Below are positions 50,991 through 63,852 of a stretch of 64,000 nucleotides of DNA, piece by piece; the stretch's first letter is position 1, and each line of letters opens with the position of its first letter. The notes beneath the pieces were generated by a model. That model did not search any database and was not told the origin of the DNA. It was given only the letters and a program-made list of their open reading frames with translations. The translations under genes and the position numbers were made by a program. This DNA is from Octopus sinensis (lineage: Eukaryota). The stretch is from positions 124,001 through 188,000 of the forward strand of contig NC_043008.1 in assembly GCF_006345805.1 (NCBI RefSeq), in the 5' to 3' direction.

Positions 50991-51947
50991 CTGTCATTAT
51001 TATTGTTGTTGTTGCTGTTGTTACGGATCTTATGTAATGACCTATTTGCCAAAATAAACACGCGTTTATCTTCATATAAAGATACGTATTCAAATATCAG
51101 AACTCGCAAATAATGATAAAAACAACCATAACGAATATACACATGTAAAAACAAAAGTGATGCTGTCATTACCATTCATGTTGCTTTGTTTTTACAAAAC
51201 TTAATCGTTGTCTCGTAGGTTTTTCTCCTTATTTTAAATTTACATATTCAACATTAATCATGGCCCTTACGTCATTTCAATGACCTATGAATGCAGGATT
51301 ATTTTGTATGTGTGATGTATTCACTGTCACGCTTCATCTTTCGGTGTATTCTCTATCACCCGTGAAGTGGTCCGCACCCGAGTTTTATCAGCGTACTATT
51401 TTCGCACAAACTGTTTACGTTAAGTTATTAAAAATTTTCTTTGAAAATGGAAAATAAATTATATTCCGATCACACACATAGACAAATAATCAAAGAAGCC
51501 TTTACATGCAAACACACACACGCGCACACATCCTCTCATACATATGTATAGTAGAGCATTAGCAATATAAACTCGGCCCTCATCAGCCGATGTAATATGT
51601 ACCAATATGAACCGTTTCATTAAGAATTAGATTGTTGCCGAATGCAAAGCAGTGGTTTTCACATTTTAAATAACGTGCCTAAAATATTTTTCTTGTGAAT
51701 ATTTATTGACATGGGTGGACCAAGAACGCTTCAGCTTCGAGTCATAAACTTTTAAAGTTTAAATCGGGAAGCACCTTATGCCATAAAGCAGCCTGATCAA
51801 TTCAGTAGAAGTCACAACGTTTGTTTTGACATCTGCGCTTCAGGACATGCAGATGTGAGGGGGTCATGGATGGAAGGTCAGAAATGCTATTGACAGTGAC
51901 GAAGCAGAAGGCAACGACAGTCACGTGTGAAGATGAAGCAACCTCCA

Positions 51948-52450
51948 TGTATGTATGTGTGTATGTATGTATGTATGTATGAATGTAGGTATTTATGTAT
52001 GTATATATGTATGTATGTATGTGTGTATGTATGTGTGTATGTATGTATATATGTATGTATGTATGTGTGTATGTATGTGTGTATGTATGTATATATGTAT
52101 GTATGTATGTATGTAGGTATGCATGTGTCTATGGAAGCATGCAAGTATGTATGTATGTAGTTATGCATGCATGCATGCATGTATATATGCATGTATGTTT
52201 GTATGTATGTGTGTGTATATATGAATGTATGTATGTATGTATGCATGTATGTATGCATGTATGTATGCATGTATGTATGCATGTATGTATGTGTGTGTGT
52301 ATGAATGCATGTATGCATGTATGTATGTATGTGTGTGTCTATGTATGTATGTATGTATTTATGTATTTATGTATGTATGTATGTATTTATGTATTTATGT
52401 ATGTATGTATGTATGTATGTAAGTATGTATGTAAGTATGTGTGTGTATGT
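51948..52450. repeat. (TATG)n-derived microsatellite
   Basis: Directly visible. Confidence 0.95.
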
Positions 52451-52462
52451 GGCCAATAAAGA

Positions 52463-52497
<35 letters not shown>

Positions 52498-52498
52498 T

Positions 52499-52712
52499 AA
52501 GGAGGCGAGCTGGAAGAACGGTTAGCAAGCTGGGCGAAATACTTAGCAGTATTTCGCCCGTCACTACATTCTGAGTTTAAAATTCCGTCGAGGTCGACTT
52601 TGCCTTTCATCTTATTTTTTTTGGTGGGGAGGGGGCGATAAAGTAATTAATGTATTCGACTAAACCCCGCTCCTCCGCCAAATTTCAGACATTATGCCTT
52701 TAGTAGAAAGGA
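52499..52712 (+). mobile_element. Family-1 SINE
   Basis: Head and body homology. Confidence 0.8.
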
Positions 52713-53078
52713 TTATTATTATTATTGTTATTATCATCATCATCATCATCATCATCAAGACAAAGACAGCAGCATCAGCTGCAATGAATTTGAAGATTTC
52801 TTTTTCCCACTTACGTCAATATGGCTGCTTCAATCTGAATAGAAAAAGAAAAAGTAAAAATGTCTTAAAAAGGACGTTATCAAGTATTATATAAATTGAT
52901 GACGAACATACAAAACCGAGTATAAAATGACTGTCTTACAAAGTCAGCTGTCATCAATCGATAGAATAGCGTTTATTTCAAAGCATCCGTTTGTAGTTGT
53001 TGTTGTTAATATTATTTTTGGTATTTTTATTGTTGTTATTTCTGACGACGGTATAATAGCAGCAGTAGTAGTAGTAGT

Positions 53079-53113
<35 letters not shown>

Positions 53114-53149
53114 TAGTAGTAGTATAGTAGTAGTAGTAGTAGTAGTAGT

Positions 53150-53510
53150 AGTTGTGGCGATGAGGGTTCGAGTCGATCCGATCAACGGAACAGCCTGCCC
53201 GTGAGATTAACGTGCAAGTGGCCGAGCACTCCACAGACATGTATACCCTTAACGTAGTTCTCGCGGAGATTCAGCGTGACATAGTGTGGGACTAGATTGG
53301 CCCTTTTTGAAATACAGATACAGCAGAAACAACCTGTCGTGTACACAAAGCATGTACCTAGAACATGTACTTGAAATACAGATACAGCAGGGTTCACCAC
53401 CACCTCCTGCCGGAGTCTCGTGGAGCTTTAGGTGTTTTTGCTCAATAAGCACTCAAAATGCCCAGTCTGGGAATCGAAACTGCGATCCCACGACCGCGAG
53501 TCGTCTAGGG
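53150..53510 (-). mobile_element. tRNA-derived SINE family 3 with an internal rearrangement
   Basis: Reverse homologue of 30114-30390. The central segment is replaced and flanked by TGAAATACAGATACAGCAG direct repeats. Confidence 0.8.
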
Positions 53511-54244
53511 CATTGCACCTTCACTACTAGTAGCAGTAGTAGTTTATGGTGAACAAAAACTTTTTGCAGTGCTTCGCTTAGAAAGTGATTTCTTCTTGGG
53601 TTACACGTTGATAAACATGTTATCCTTTTTGTTTATGTTTACTAACAAGGGACATCTTGGATTATTTCTCCTGCCATCTCGTTTTTCTGGGCTGGAAAAA
53701 CATCTTTTTTTTTTGCGTGCGTATTTTTCAACTAGAAGGCCACTTGTGAATTTTCTCACATCAATGATCGTAGGTGGAGATATGCAGCACAATGCTGAAT
53801 AAAGAAATAAAAGAAATTAATTCAATAGGTCCTCCACCCCCACAATAATTTTCAAAGACGAAAACATTAGAAATATATATATTAAAAAACATGTCAGACA
53901 GCATGACGTTTGAACAAAAATCATTATTGCAAACATGATTACAGTCCAAAAGTACTTCAAACAGAACTGAAAACACACGTTGTCTCAATCGAGAAATACA
54001 ATAAAAACATTAATAACAGCAAAAGCTACAAAAAATAAAACTCAGCTTTTGCTAATGTTGTAATTCATAGAGGTTCCTCAATATGAAACTGCACAATGGA
54101 AAAAAAGAAAGTATGGACGAAGTATGGGGAAAAATGCCTATTCTCTGTAGCATTACTTGCACCTTGGGCAAGTGTCTTCTACTATAGTCTCGGGCCGAGC
54201 AAACCTTGTTAGATTTTGGAGAACGGAAACTGATAGAAGCCCGT

Positions 54245-54277
<33 letters not shown>

Positions 54278-54281
<4 letters not shown>

Positions 54282-55068
54282 ATGCGATGGGTAAATTGTC
54301 GCCATTTTATATTTTTAATTTAACGCATGAGCCTTGTTTGTTTTTGTCGACTACACAGTATTGTAGGGTCAGTTGGGCACCGTCTGTGGGAAAATCAGCA
54401 CCATGACGCAATTCTCTCTGCCAGAAATTTGGAAATGACATGCTGTACTGCTTGACATCCGCACCGGAATCTCCAGTATGAACATTCCAGAGTGGATGTC
54501 AATTTGAGGACAGTAGAGAGGATTTGGAAAGAGTTGGATGCGTTTACTGGTGATTACGAAGGTACGGCAGCGCGGAAAACTCACTCTGATGGTTCTGTTC
54601 AGAAAAGAACTCCTGAATTTGTTGGTGAGATCCAGATCACCATGATTGACAACGATACCTCCAAGTCAATCAGACCCATCGCCAAGGACATAGTGCCCGA
54701 GTTTCTTATTAGGTAGGTAATGCATGAAGACATTTGGTATTCCTCATACAAGATGAGAAAGGGCCAATTTTTATCCCAATTTATCAGGGACAAGAGGAAA
54801 GGCCGCGCAACGAAGCTTTTAAACAAACTCAAGCATCCCTTCCAACCGAACATGCTTTGTTTTTTTTCAGACGAGAAAAATTTCTGTCAGGATCAGATGG
54901 CGAACACGCAGAACAACCGCTCTGCAGTGCATGCAACCTGCCGTGTACACAAAACATGTACCTAGGGTGATAAATATCAAGCGTCCAGTCAACATCATGG
55001 TGTTTCGAGTGATCACTAGTGATGGTGACGTTGTGCTTTTATTTATCATCCCACACAGCGCAATTTAT
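54278..55068 (+). mobile_element. Tc1/mariner superfamily, maT (DD37D)-like transposase pseudogene, 5' two-thirds
   Basis: MTQFSLPEIWK*HAVLL..VNLRTVERIWKELD..KRTPEFVGEI..HEDIWYSSYKMRKGQFL..LCFFSDEKNFCQDQMANTQNNR..IMVFRVITSDGDV, with the SDEKxF first catalytic Asp. It is frameshifted. Confidence 0.8.
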
Positions 55069-55291
55069 ACAACTTATTCACCGACTCTTTACAGACGCAC
55101 GCACCCACCCACCCACCCACACACACACACACACACACATACACACACACACAAACACACATTTATGTATGTATGTGTGTGTGTGCGTGTGTGTGTGTAT
55201 GTGTTTTGTAAACCTTTTAGTATGTCATATATTGTACGGTATTTATTTACTCTTGTGGTTAATAATGGAAAGGTTATTATTATTATTATTA

Positions 55292-55343
<52 letters not shown>

Positions 55344-55350
55344 ATTATTA

Positions 55351-55730
55351 TTGAGTGAGAGAGCAGTGCATGCCATCAAAGTGACACTGTGTTAAAATAT
55401 ACGAAGCCCAGTTTACACATCATGACTACCCGTCTGATAAGGGTACACCAGGCACATGCATCACAACGACGTGTACGCGATACGGTGGTCTCGTATCAAG
55501 ATAAACAGCGAATTACCTTGCAGGTGGGGGCCCAGTTAGAATTTTCTTCAGGTCGAGTAGCCCATCCTGCTCAAAAGGTCCCTGAATAAGGATTGTTTAA
55601 GGATGTTGAACGAACCACCCATGTTTCCAGAGGTGAATTATCCAAACGTCCAAGAATTCCTTTCAACACACGGCTATGATGCTCCCCTCACTACGTCTGC
55701 TCGTGGTCAGAGATGCATATATCGTCAGCA
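55351..55730. mobile_element. Interspersed repeat bounded by (TTA)n on both sides, probably a non-autonomous retroelement
   Basis: GC-richer 380-bp island between TAA tracts with no convincing ORF. The identity is inferred. Confidence 0.45.
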
Positions 55731-55734
55731 TATC

Positions 55735-55794
<60 letters not shown>

Positions 55795-55890
55795 GTTGTT
55801 GTTGTTGTTGTTGTGTTGTTGTTGTTGTTGTTGTTGTTGTTATTGTTGTTGTTGTTGTTATTATTAGTATTATTGTTGTTGTTGTTGTTA

Positions 55891-55945
<55 letters not shown>

Positions 55946-55955
55946 CATTATTATT

Positions 55956-56745
55956 CAGTAGTTTATTTTATCACGTGCTTTCATTGCACTACTAAGCTTA
56001 ACCTGTGAGCAGTATGTGCTGTGGTTTGCTGCGATGCTCTTATTTTCACTCTATTGAAATAGTTTTACGTAGGCTGTGTACGGTGCCTAGTAGTGCTATT
56101 TTCTGTATGTTATATATACTGGTGTTTTTGTTATGTATTTGTCTGAAATTTTTTTATCATACATAATGCGCCTACCATAATAGGAATTGCTTCTGTTTTT
56201 AGGCGCTACATTCGAATTACCTCGGTTTCTAAATCTTTTTTATTTTGAAAATTTTCCCGTTTCTTTTAGAGAAACGTTGTCATCTGCTAATATTGTTACA
56301 TCAATTAGAAAGCATTTTTGTTTCTTGGTGATCTCTGACAACTATATCTGGCCTATTGGCCTTAATTTCTCTATCTGTGTGTATTGGCATATCCCAGAAT
56401 ATATTCTGTGACCTTTTCTGGTGTGTGCTTATATTATCTTTTTTCTGTTGTTATTCCATAGTTTTGGTATAGCTTCCATTGCATATATATCCCAACTCTG
56501 TCGTGTCTGTGAATATATATCTTTTTTGCCAGGACTGGGCAAAGAGAGACAATATGGTTTGTTGCTTCTTGTCCATCTCCACATATTCTGCAGTTACTTG
56601 TAATATTTCTTTTCATTATATGTTTTTGGTAATTTCTGGTGGGAAAGCTTTAGTCTTGTGCTGCAATTAAAAATCCTTCAGGCTCTGCTTTGAGTCCTGA
56701 GCCTCCCAGTATTTGTTGGGGTTTTGCTTCGTTTCTTTGTTTCTT
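55956..56745 (-). mobile_element. R4/Dong-like non-LTR retrotransposon 3' end embedded in (TAA)n
   Basis: GGSGLKAEPEGFLIAAQD..NCRICGDGQEATNHIVSLCPVLAKK.YIHRHDRVG..W..ANRPDIVV..CFLIDV..GAL (CCHC plus PD..D RLE motif). It is flanked by TAA tracts. Confidence 0.85.
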
Positions 56746-56777
56746 TATTATTATTATCATCATCATTATTATTATTA

Positions 56778-56859
<82 letters not shown>

Positions 56860-56999
56860 CATCATCATCATCATTATTATTATTATTATTATTTATTATT
56901 ATCATTATCATCATCATCATCATCATTATTATTATTATTATTATTATTATTACTGTTGTTGTTGTTATTATTATTATTATTATTGTTATTATTGTTATT

Positions 57000-57030
<31 letters not shown>

Positions 57031-57884
57031 TTATTATTATCATTATTATTATTGTTATTATTATTAATATAATTATTATTGCTTTTGTTGTTGCTGTTGA
57101 TGTTATCATCCTCATCATAATCATCATCATCATCATCAGCAGCAGCAGTATTATTATTAATTATATTAATGGAAATTTAGGTCATGCGTGGGTTGCGCTA
57201 CCGTCGCTACGGCGGTAGGCATTAGGAAACATCTGTCACCATATTTAACTTTTTGTAATGAAAAAAGTACAAGAGTGTTTCCTGATCGAAGCCAAGCCTT
57301 GTCTCTCTAGTTTAGACATGGTAGGAGAAAAATTAACTCTCTTCGCTGTTGTATTGTATCGCTCTCAATAACAGTTATCATTATTATAGTTTGGTCACAG
57401 TTGAGTCCTAACAGACAAGGGCTATCATCAAATGCGTTTCATGTGATTATCCCATCCTTTATTCATAGTATCTGGGATGATATTATCCAACATGGTGGAG
57501 TGGGGGATTTCAGAGAGATTTCGCTGGTATTTTTTCATGTTGTTGGTCTCCATCGTGCACAATAATAGTTGTTGTTATTGTATCGTCATAGTTCAACCCA
57601 AACAGAACAGGTCTATGATTGAACGCCTTTCATCTGTAATTGTTACCATTTCTTTTTATTTAGACTTAATGTGTATCTAGGACGATGTTGTTCAGCCTGT
57701 AGGGTTTAGGGGGTTTCAGAAAGACCGAGTTCGAATCTTTAGTAGATCGTAGAGCCATCTAGAGCAATAATTTCTAGCATAAGGTTCGCGGGTACAAGAG
57801 GATGAACGAATATCTGGGGAATCTGTGAACTCAGTGTAAAATTAATAATTACTCGGTCGTATACAACTTTTAATTCAGGGATGA

Positions 57885-58060
57885 AACTTGCTCTGCGGTA
57901 TTTCGCCTGTCTGTACGTGGTGTTCAAATTTTGCCGAGGTGAACTTTGCCTTTCACCATTCCGGGGTCGATAAAGTAAGTACCAGTAGATCACTGGGATC
58001 GATGTAATTATTTTACCGCCTCCCCCGAAATTGCTGGCCTTGTGTCAAAAGTTGAAACCA
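57885..58060 (+). mobile_element. Family-1 SINE, diverged
   Basis: Body homology. Confidence 0.7.
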
Positions 58061-58369
58061 ATTCAAGTATGTAACTGAAAAATTGAGACCATTGTGAGAT
58101 AATAATTTTACGATACATCTCATGGATGCTCCGTGATGTATTGTCAGGAATGCGTCTGGGTTAGCAGGGAATTTAGGCTCTTTCAACACCAGACACCAGT
58201 GACCAGTTCACCCAACCAGGGATTGATTGAGTCCCAGTTTGCATCCCCTAGTAACAGCAAACCATTAGTCTACCCTTTTTTTTTTTTTATCTAAAGTCAA
58301 TTAGTAAGCATTGTTTTTTTCTTGGTGATCTCTGATAACTATATCTGACCAATTAGTCTGACAACTAGC

Positions 58370-58485
58370 CTGACCCTTAAAATAAAATTGTGGACACGCA
58401 GTTTACTGGGGTTTTTTTTTGCATGGATCCCCCATATTTTCATATGGACCCTCAGGAGCATGTAGATCCTGTTTATGAACCACTG
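58370..58485. mobile_element. hAT-type MITE half
   Basis: Ends in TTTATGAACCACTG, the reverse of a CAGTGGTTC.. hAT-like TIR. Confidence 0.45.
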
Positions 58486-58639
58486 ATTTAAGCAAAAATG
58501 CTGTTTGACAATGTGAAGGCCTGGAACAACGAGTCGGGGCACTTTCACTACTTAAAGATGATAATAAATACAATAAGCAATAAACAAACAAGAAAGCTCG
58601 ATGTGATAGTTTATAATATGAATAGGCGCCACAACACTG

Positions 58640-58980
58640 AAGGCGCATGGCTCAGTGGATAGAGCATCGGGATGACAATCATTATGTAGTGAGTTCGATT
58701 CCCGGACCGGGGTGTGTGTTGTGTTGCAGAGCAAAACACTTTATTTCGCATTGTACCAGTTGTTCTCAGCTGTAGAAATGAGATGGGACGTCGCTGGTGC
58801 CAATCTGTATCGGCCCCTTTGCCTTTCCCTTGGATAACATCGGTGGTATGGGGAGGGGAGGCCGGTGTGCATAGGTGACTGTTGGTCTTTCATAACTAAC
58901 CTTGCCCGGATACGTGCCTCGGAGGGTAACATTCTCGGAGCATTCCCATGGTCATTCATGACCAAAGGGGGTCTTCTAGC
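58640..58980 (+). mobile_element. tRNA-headed SINE (family 4)
   Basis: Box A TGGCTCAGTGG and box B GAGTTCGATTCC, followed by a long body. Confidence 0.75.
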
Positions 58981-59952
58981 TAGTGCAACAACTTATATAA
59001 CACATCTGTTAGCAATGGTTAACTGAACCGTTTCAAGGACTATTTACCTAGCTATAATATGCTTTACTGAACATTGCTGTGGACGTCAAAAACCTCTCAG
59101 TTTAACTTCGTTTTATTGATTATTACGAGTTAATGTCAAAGTTGTAGCACTTCTTTTGAAATGGAATGCAAATATTTCTATAGCAGTATTGAACTATACA
59201 GGGGTTCTATTATCTTTGCGATATGCAATCCAAGATGTAACATATATATATTTAATCGCTATACATTTCAGTAATATCAAATACTTATAAAGAGAGAGGC
59301 CATGCTAATGCATACATACATACATACATAACTACATAAATACATGCATACGTACATACATACATACATACATACATACATGCGTACATACATACATACA
59401 TACATAAATAAATACATACATACATACATACATACATTCATACATACATACATACATGCGTACATACATACATACATACATACATACATACATACATACA
59501 TACATACATACATACACACATACATACATGCATTTATACATACATTCATACAGACACATACTTACACAAACAGGTATGCTTTTATATATACCTTAATGAA
59601 CATAAACTCATTTGTTAATAATTATATTAATGAATGGTACCGGAAAATTAAGTAAAAATTGCACTATTCAATTGAATGTAAATAATGATATGTAGTATAA
59701 AGCGCCGAAGAGATCAAAAGAAAAAGGTGAGGAGGCATAAAAAGTAGAACTATTTAAAAAGAAACAAAACTACAAGTACATGCATATATATATATATATA
59801 TTATATATATATAATATATTATATATATATATATATTATATATATATATATATAACGGGAAGCTTTATGAAAATAAACAAAAGACGAAGGCAGGTGGAAA
59901 ACAAACGAACAATTGTATTAGTATGGCGCTCAGGAAATATAAATAAAACAAG

Positions 59953-59990
59953 TCTTTAACGTTTCGAGCCTACGCTCTTCAACAGAAAGA
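59953..59990 (-). ncRNA. Minimal hammerhead-like motif, family A, fully paired
   Basis: UCUUU-CUGUUGA-A-GAGC(GUAG)GCUC-GAA-ACGU-U^-AAAGA. The module 59855-60030 closely matches 1361-1530. Confidence 0.6.
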
Positions 59991-60404
59991 TACACAGAGA
60001 GAGAAAAACACAGAAAGGAGAGAAAAAAATGCGTGCAGTAGCTAACGAATCAACATGGCGATATATATATATATATATAAATACATATGCATGCAATTAT
60101 AGGAATGAACATATAGAAAATATATATACATATATATATATGTAAATAAAGAGAAAACAAAGACTGAAAAATTTCAGGCGGTGAATATCCAAGTATCAAT
60201 GTATAGATTTACTCGCCTGGGTTCCTCTTATAGTCACTGTTTATCGTGCGGGGTCGTTGTGGATGAATGTGATCGTCGTGGATGAATGTACCTTTTACAA
60301 TTACACAAAGACACAGACCCCCCCCCACAAACATAGACTCACACACACTAATGTATGCGGTTGTGTGTTGCCGCACACATATGTATGTACATCTCCTTCT
60401 CTTT

Positions 60405-60805
60405 CTCTTTTTTACTTGTTTCAGTCATCTGATTGCGGCCATGCTGGAGCACCGCCTTTAGTCAAGCAAATCGACCCCGGGACTAATTCTTTGTAAGCCC
60501 AGTACTTATTCTATCGGTCTCTTTTGCCGAACCGCTAAGTGACGGGGACGTAAATACGCCAGCATCGGTTGTCAAGCAATGCTAGGGGGACAAACACAGA
60601 CACACAAACACATACACACACACATATATATATACATATATGCGACAGGCTTCTTTCAGTTTCCGTCTACCAAATCCACTCACAAGGCATTGGTCGGCCC
60701 GGGGCTATAGCAGAATACACTTGCCCAAGATGCCACGCAGTGGGACTGAACCCGGAACCATGTGGTTGGTTAGCAAGCTACTTACCACACAGCCACTCTT
60801 GCGCA
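60405..60805 (-). mobile_element. SINE family 2, full length and young
   Basis: Complete copy, similar to 29655-30020. Confidence 0.9.
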
Positions 60806-61014
60806 TATCTATGTATATATTTTCTCTGCAGTTTCAGCTCCGAGCTGCGGCTAGGCTGATGCACCGCCATTCATTCATTCAATGATCGATTTATTCTTCA
60901 TTCATACAAAAACATTCGCCTATTCGCACCCTAAACATTTAACTTCTTTTTAGAAGCTGTTTCCCAACCCTTTGATCCAACTTGTTAACCAATCAGAAAC
61001 ATACACACACGCGC

Positions 61015-61080
<66 letters not shown>

Positions 61081-61196
61081 CATATATATATATATAGATA
61101 TATATATATACTATATATATATATATATATATGTATATATGTACATATATATATATATATATATGTGGTAGTAGCCACATATATATATATATATAG

Positions 61197-62234
61197 GTGG
61201 TAGTAGCCAATGGGGCCACCTCCATTAACACACAAATAGTGAGCGGTGTTCCGCAGGGCACTGTTCTGGGACCACTACTGTTCATAATGGCCCTCTCAGA
61301 CATGCCCTCAGCCACGCAGAGAGCCACGATCACAAGTTATGCAGATGATACAAAAGTTTCACAGGCAATACAGAACCCTGAGGACACTAAACACCTGCAA
61401 TGTGAGCTGGACGAAATATACAAGTGGGCTGAAAAGAATAGCATGCAGTTCAATGCTTTATACTATCAGCATGCAAAACTGAATGCAATACCCAATGAAT
61501 ACACTGGACCCGGAGGGATTGCAATCCCAGAGGCACAATCAGTGCGTGACCTGGGTATTCACATGAGTGATGACGCGACCTTTCATGTACATGTTGCTAA
61601 ACTGACAATGAAATGTAGACGGCTGGCTGGATGGATTCTTAGAACCTTTAGAACAAGAGAACAAGAAACCATGATGGTCCTCTGGAAGACACTTGTCCTA
61701 AGCCACTTTGACTATTGCTCTCAGCTATGGTCACCATCCAGTGTCAAGTTGATCACAGAACTTGAGGCGATCCAACGAAGCTACACAAAGAAGATAGCCT
61801 CTATGCGGAATGTAAGCTACTGGGAAAGACTCAAGAGATTAAAATTATATTCCCTGGAGCGTAGGCGGGAAAGATATGCCATAATATACATCTGGAAGAT
61901 CCTGGAGGGAAGTGTCCTGAACTTTGGCATCGAGAGTTACGCAAATGCCAGAACTGGGCGCCACTGCGTGGTGCCTAGGACTCCAAACCTGCCATCAAGA
62001 TGTAGGACAAGATTCTGTGATAGCCTGGGTTTCCGAGGCCCACAGCTCTTCAATATCCTCCCGAAGAACCTGAGAGACCTGCATGGGGTGGATACAGATG
62101 TCTTTAAAATGAAGCTGGATCTCTTCCTGTCAGGTGTCCCAGATGAACCAACTTCACGGCAGGAGGGGCAGATGAGGGCAGCTGCATCGAACTCTCTCAT
62201 GCACCAAATAGCAGTTGCTAGAAAACCTCCATGA
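61197..62234 (+). CDS. Reverse transcriptase C-terminal portion of a 5'-truncated CR1/L2-like LINE (345 open codons)
   Basis: [54 protein letters not shown]. No internal stops. It lacks an upstream ORF or promoter, so it is non-autonomous. Confidence 0.92.
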   Translation: MVVANGATSINTQIVSGVPQGTVLGPLLFIMALSDMPSATQRATITSYADDTKVSQAIQNPEDTKHLQCELDEIYKWAEKNSMQFNALYYQHAKLNAIPNEYTGPGGIAIPEAQSVRDLGIHMSDDATFHVHVAKLTMKCRRLAGWILRTFRTREQETMMVLWKTLVLSHFDYCSQLWSPSSVKLITELEAIQRSYTKKIASMRNVSYWERLKRLKLYSLERRRERYAIIYIWKILEGSVLNFGIESYANARTGRHCVVPRTPNLPSRCRTRFCDSLGFRGPQLFNILPKNLRDLHGVDTDVFKMKLDLFLSGVPDEPTSRQEGQMRAAASNSLMHQIAVARKPP

Positions 62235-62323
62235 AGTGAAACCAAGTAGCAACACCAAATGGCGGTGCCCCAGCATGGCCACAGCTCATAAGCTGAAACT
62301 AGAATCAATCAATCAATCAATCA

Positions 62324-62326
<3 letters not shown>
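61197..62326 (+). mobile_element. 5'-truncated LINE insertion with 3' stem-loop and (AATC)n tail
   Basis: RT ORF, then a 3' UTR GGCGGTGCCCCAGCATGGCCACAGCTCATAAGCTGAAAC, then (AATC)n. Confidence 0.9.
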
Positions 62327-62400
<74 letters not shown>

Positions 62401-62402
<2 letters not shown>

Positions 62403-62600
62403 AATCCCAAAAAGACGAACAAGCACAAAAAACTCAATGCGTGGACGTGATACATGTAATGTATTAGCAGACACTCAGGGAAGGAAAGAAAGACGGTTTA
62501 ACGTTTCGAGTAGACGCTCTTTTTCGGAAACAGAAGGAAGTCCAATACAAGGGAAGACGGAGGAAAAACAATCGCCAACGATTCACATGTGGTTACATTT
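62401..62600 (-). mobile_element. Diverged family-B module with degenerate hammerhead at 62496-62531
   Basis: GUUU-CCGAAAA-A-GAGC(GUCU)ACUC-GAA-ACGU-U-AAAC. Confidence 0.6.
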
Positions 62601-62726
62601 TGAAATAACCGAGGGAATGGGTGAAGAAAAAGTTATTTCTAAGATAGGAGAGTGTAAGAGAAGGAGGTATGTGTGGGTATGTGGTGAGAATGTGTGGTTT
62701 TGGCTATTTATATATGTATGCGTGAG

Positions 62727-62774
<48 letters not shown>

Positions 62775-63805
62775 TATAAATGTGTATATATATAAATAAG
62801 TATACGAGTTTCGCAGGCCCCTAACGAAAGCCCGACTCTTTCAGGCTTCCAAAGCGCGGAACTGATTCAGACAAATAGATGTAATGCATATATGTATGTG
62901 TATGTATACAAAAACACCTAAATATACACATATAGCTGTATATACATAACATACACATATATAAACAAGTAAACCGTATGAATATTTCATTTATCTGTTA
63001 GGAATAAAAAAGTTCGCCTTCTCACTCCAATTAACTCACCTCCATAAATTTACAGTTCTTACAACAGGATAATGAAAACCAATTAACATTCTGGATGTTT
63101 AATTGCAATTGACGCTAATTCAACAGACACTGCGAACAAATTAATGAATGAGTCAACGAACAAAAACAAACAAACAAACAACTAATCAATCATTCATGCA
63201 TTCATTCATCCATTTATTCTTCATTCATACAAAAAATATTTGCTCATTTGTACCCTAAACATTTAACTTCTGTTTCGAAGCTGTCTCCCAAACATTCGAT
63301 CCAACTTGTTAACCAATCAGAAACATCTCCGCTACTTTTCAAATCCGTCACAAGTAGTACGAACAAATATATACACTACTTCTATTTCTCAATTTCTCTC
63401 TACACATTTATATAATGTATGTATGTATGTATGTATGTATGTATGTATGTATGTATGTATGTATGTATGTATGTATGTATGTTCGCATGAATGTATTTAT
63501 GAATATATGTATGTATGTTTGTATGTTTGCATGTATTCATATACATATATATATATATAAACACACACGCACATATATATACACTTACACACACATACAC
63601 ACACGCTCACACACACATATATATATGTGTGTATGTATGTATATATATAAGAGAGTTTGTGTGTGAGTGTGCGTATGTTCCTTATACATTCAAAAAGTCA
63701 GATGCCAATGCTGACGTATTGGGTATCAAAAGATCCAGTAATCTTTCGTCTACCAAATAAACTTTATTTTCGTTTTTATATTTTCTACGTTATCTCAACA
63801 ACCAG

Positions 63806-63852
63806 CTAAAGTTATTTGAAAGACACTACTCTACAACGACCAGGTTTCATTA
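63806..63852 (+). CDS. Candidate 47-nt exon (phase 0; LKLFERHYSTTTRFH)
   Basis: Long pyrimidine tract with ccAG acceptor and a TA|gtaagt donor. Only frame 0 is open, which is phase-compatible with 46911-46999. Confidence 0.3.

Noticed and set aside
51844-51948. Possible plus-strand exon
   Set aside because: The phase-compatible frame stops after 4 codons, and the sequence looks like a decayed LINE fragment.
53601-53800. Minus-strand ORF after a good-looking acceptor
   Set aside because: The pyrimidine tract resembles a repeat's A-rich tail. There is no recognisable protein motif and no partner exons.
61937-62308. 123-aa minus-strand ORF
   Set aside because: It is the antisense shadow of the LINE RT ORF.
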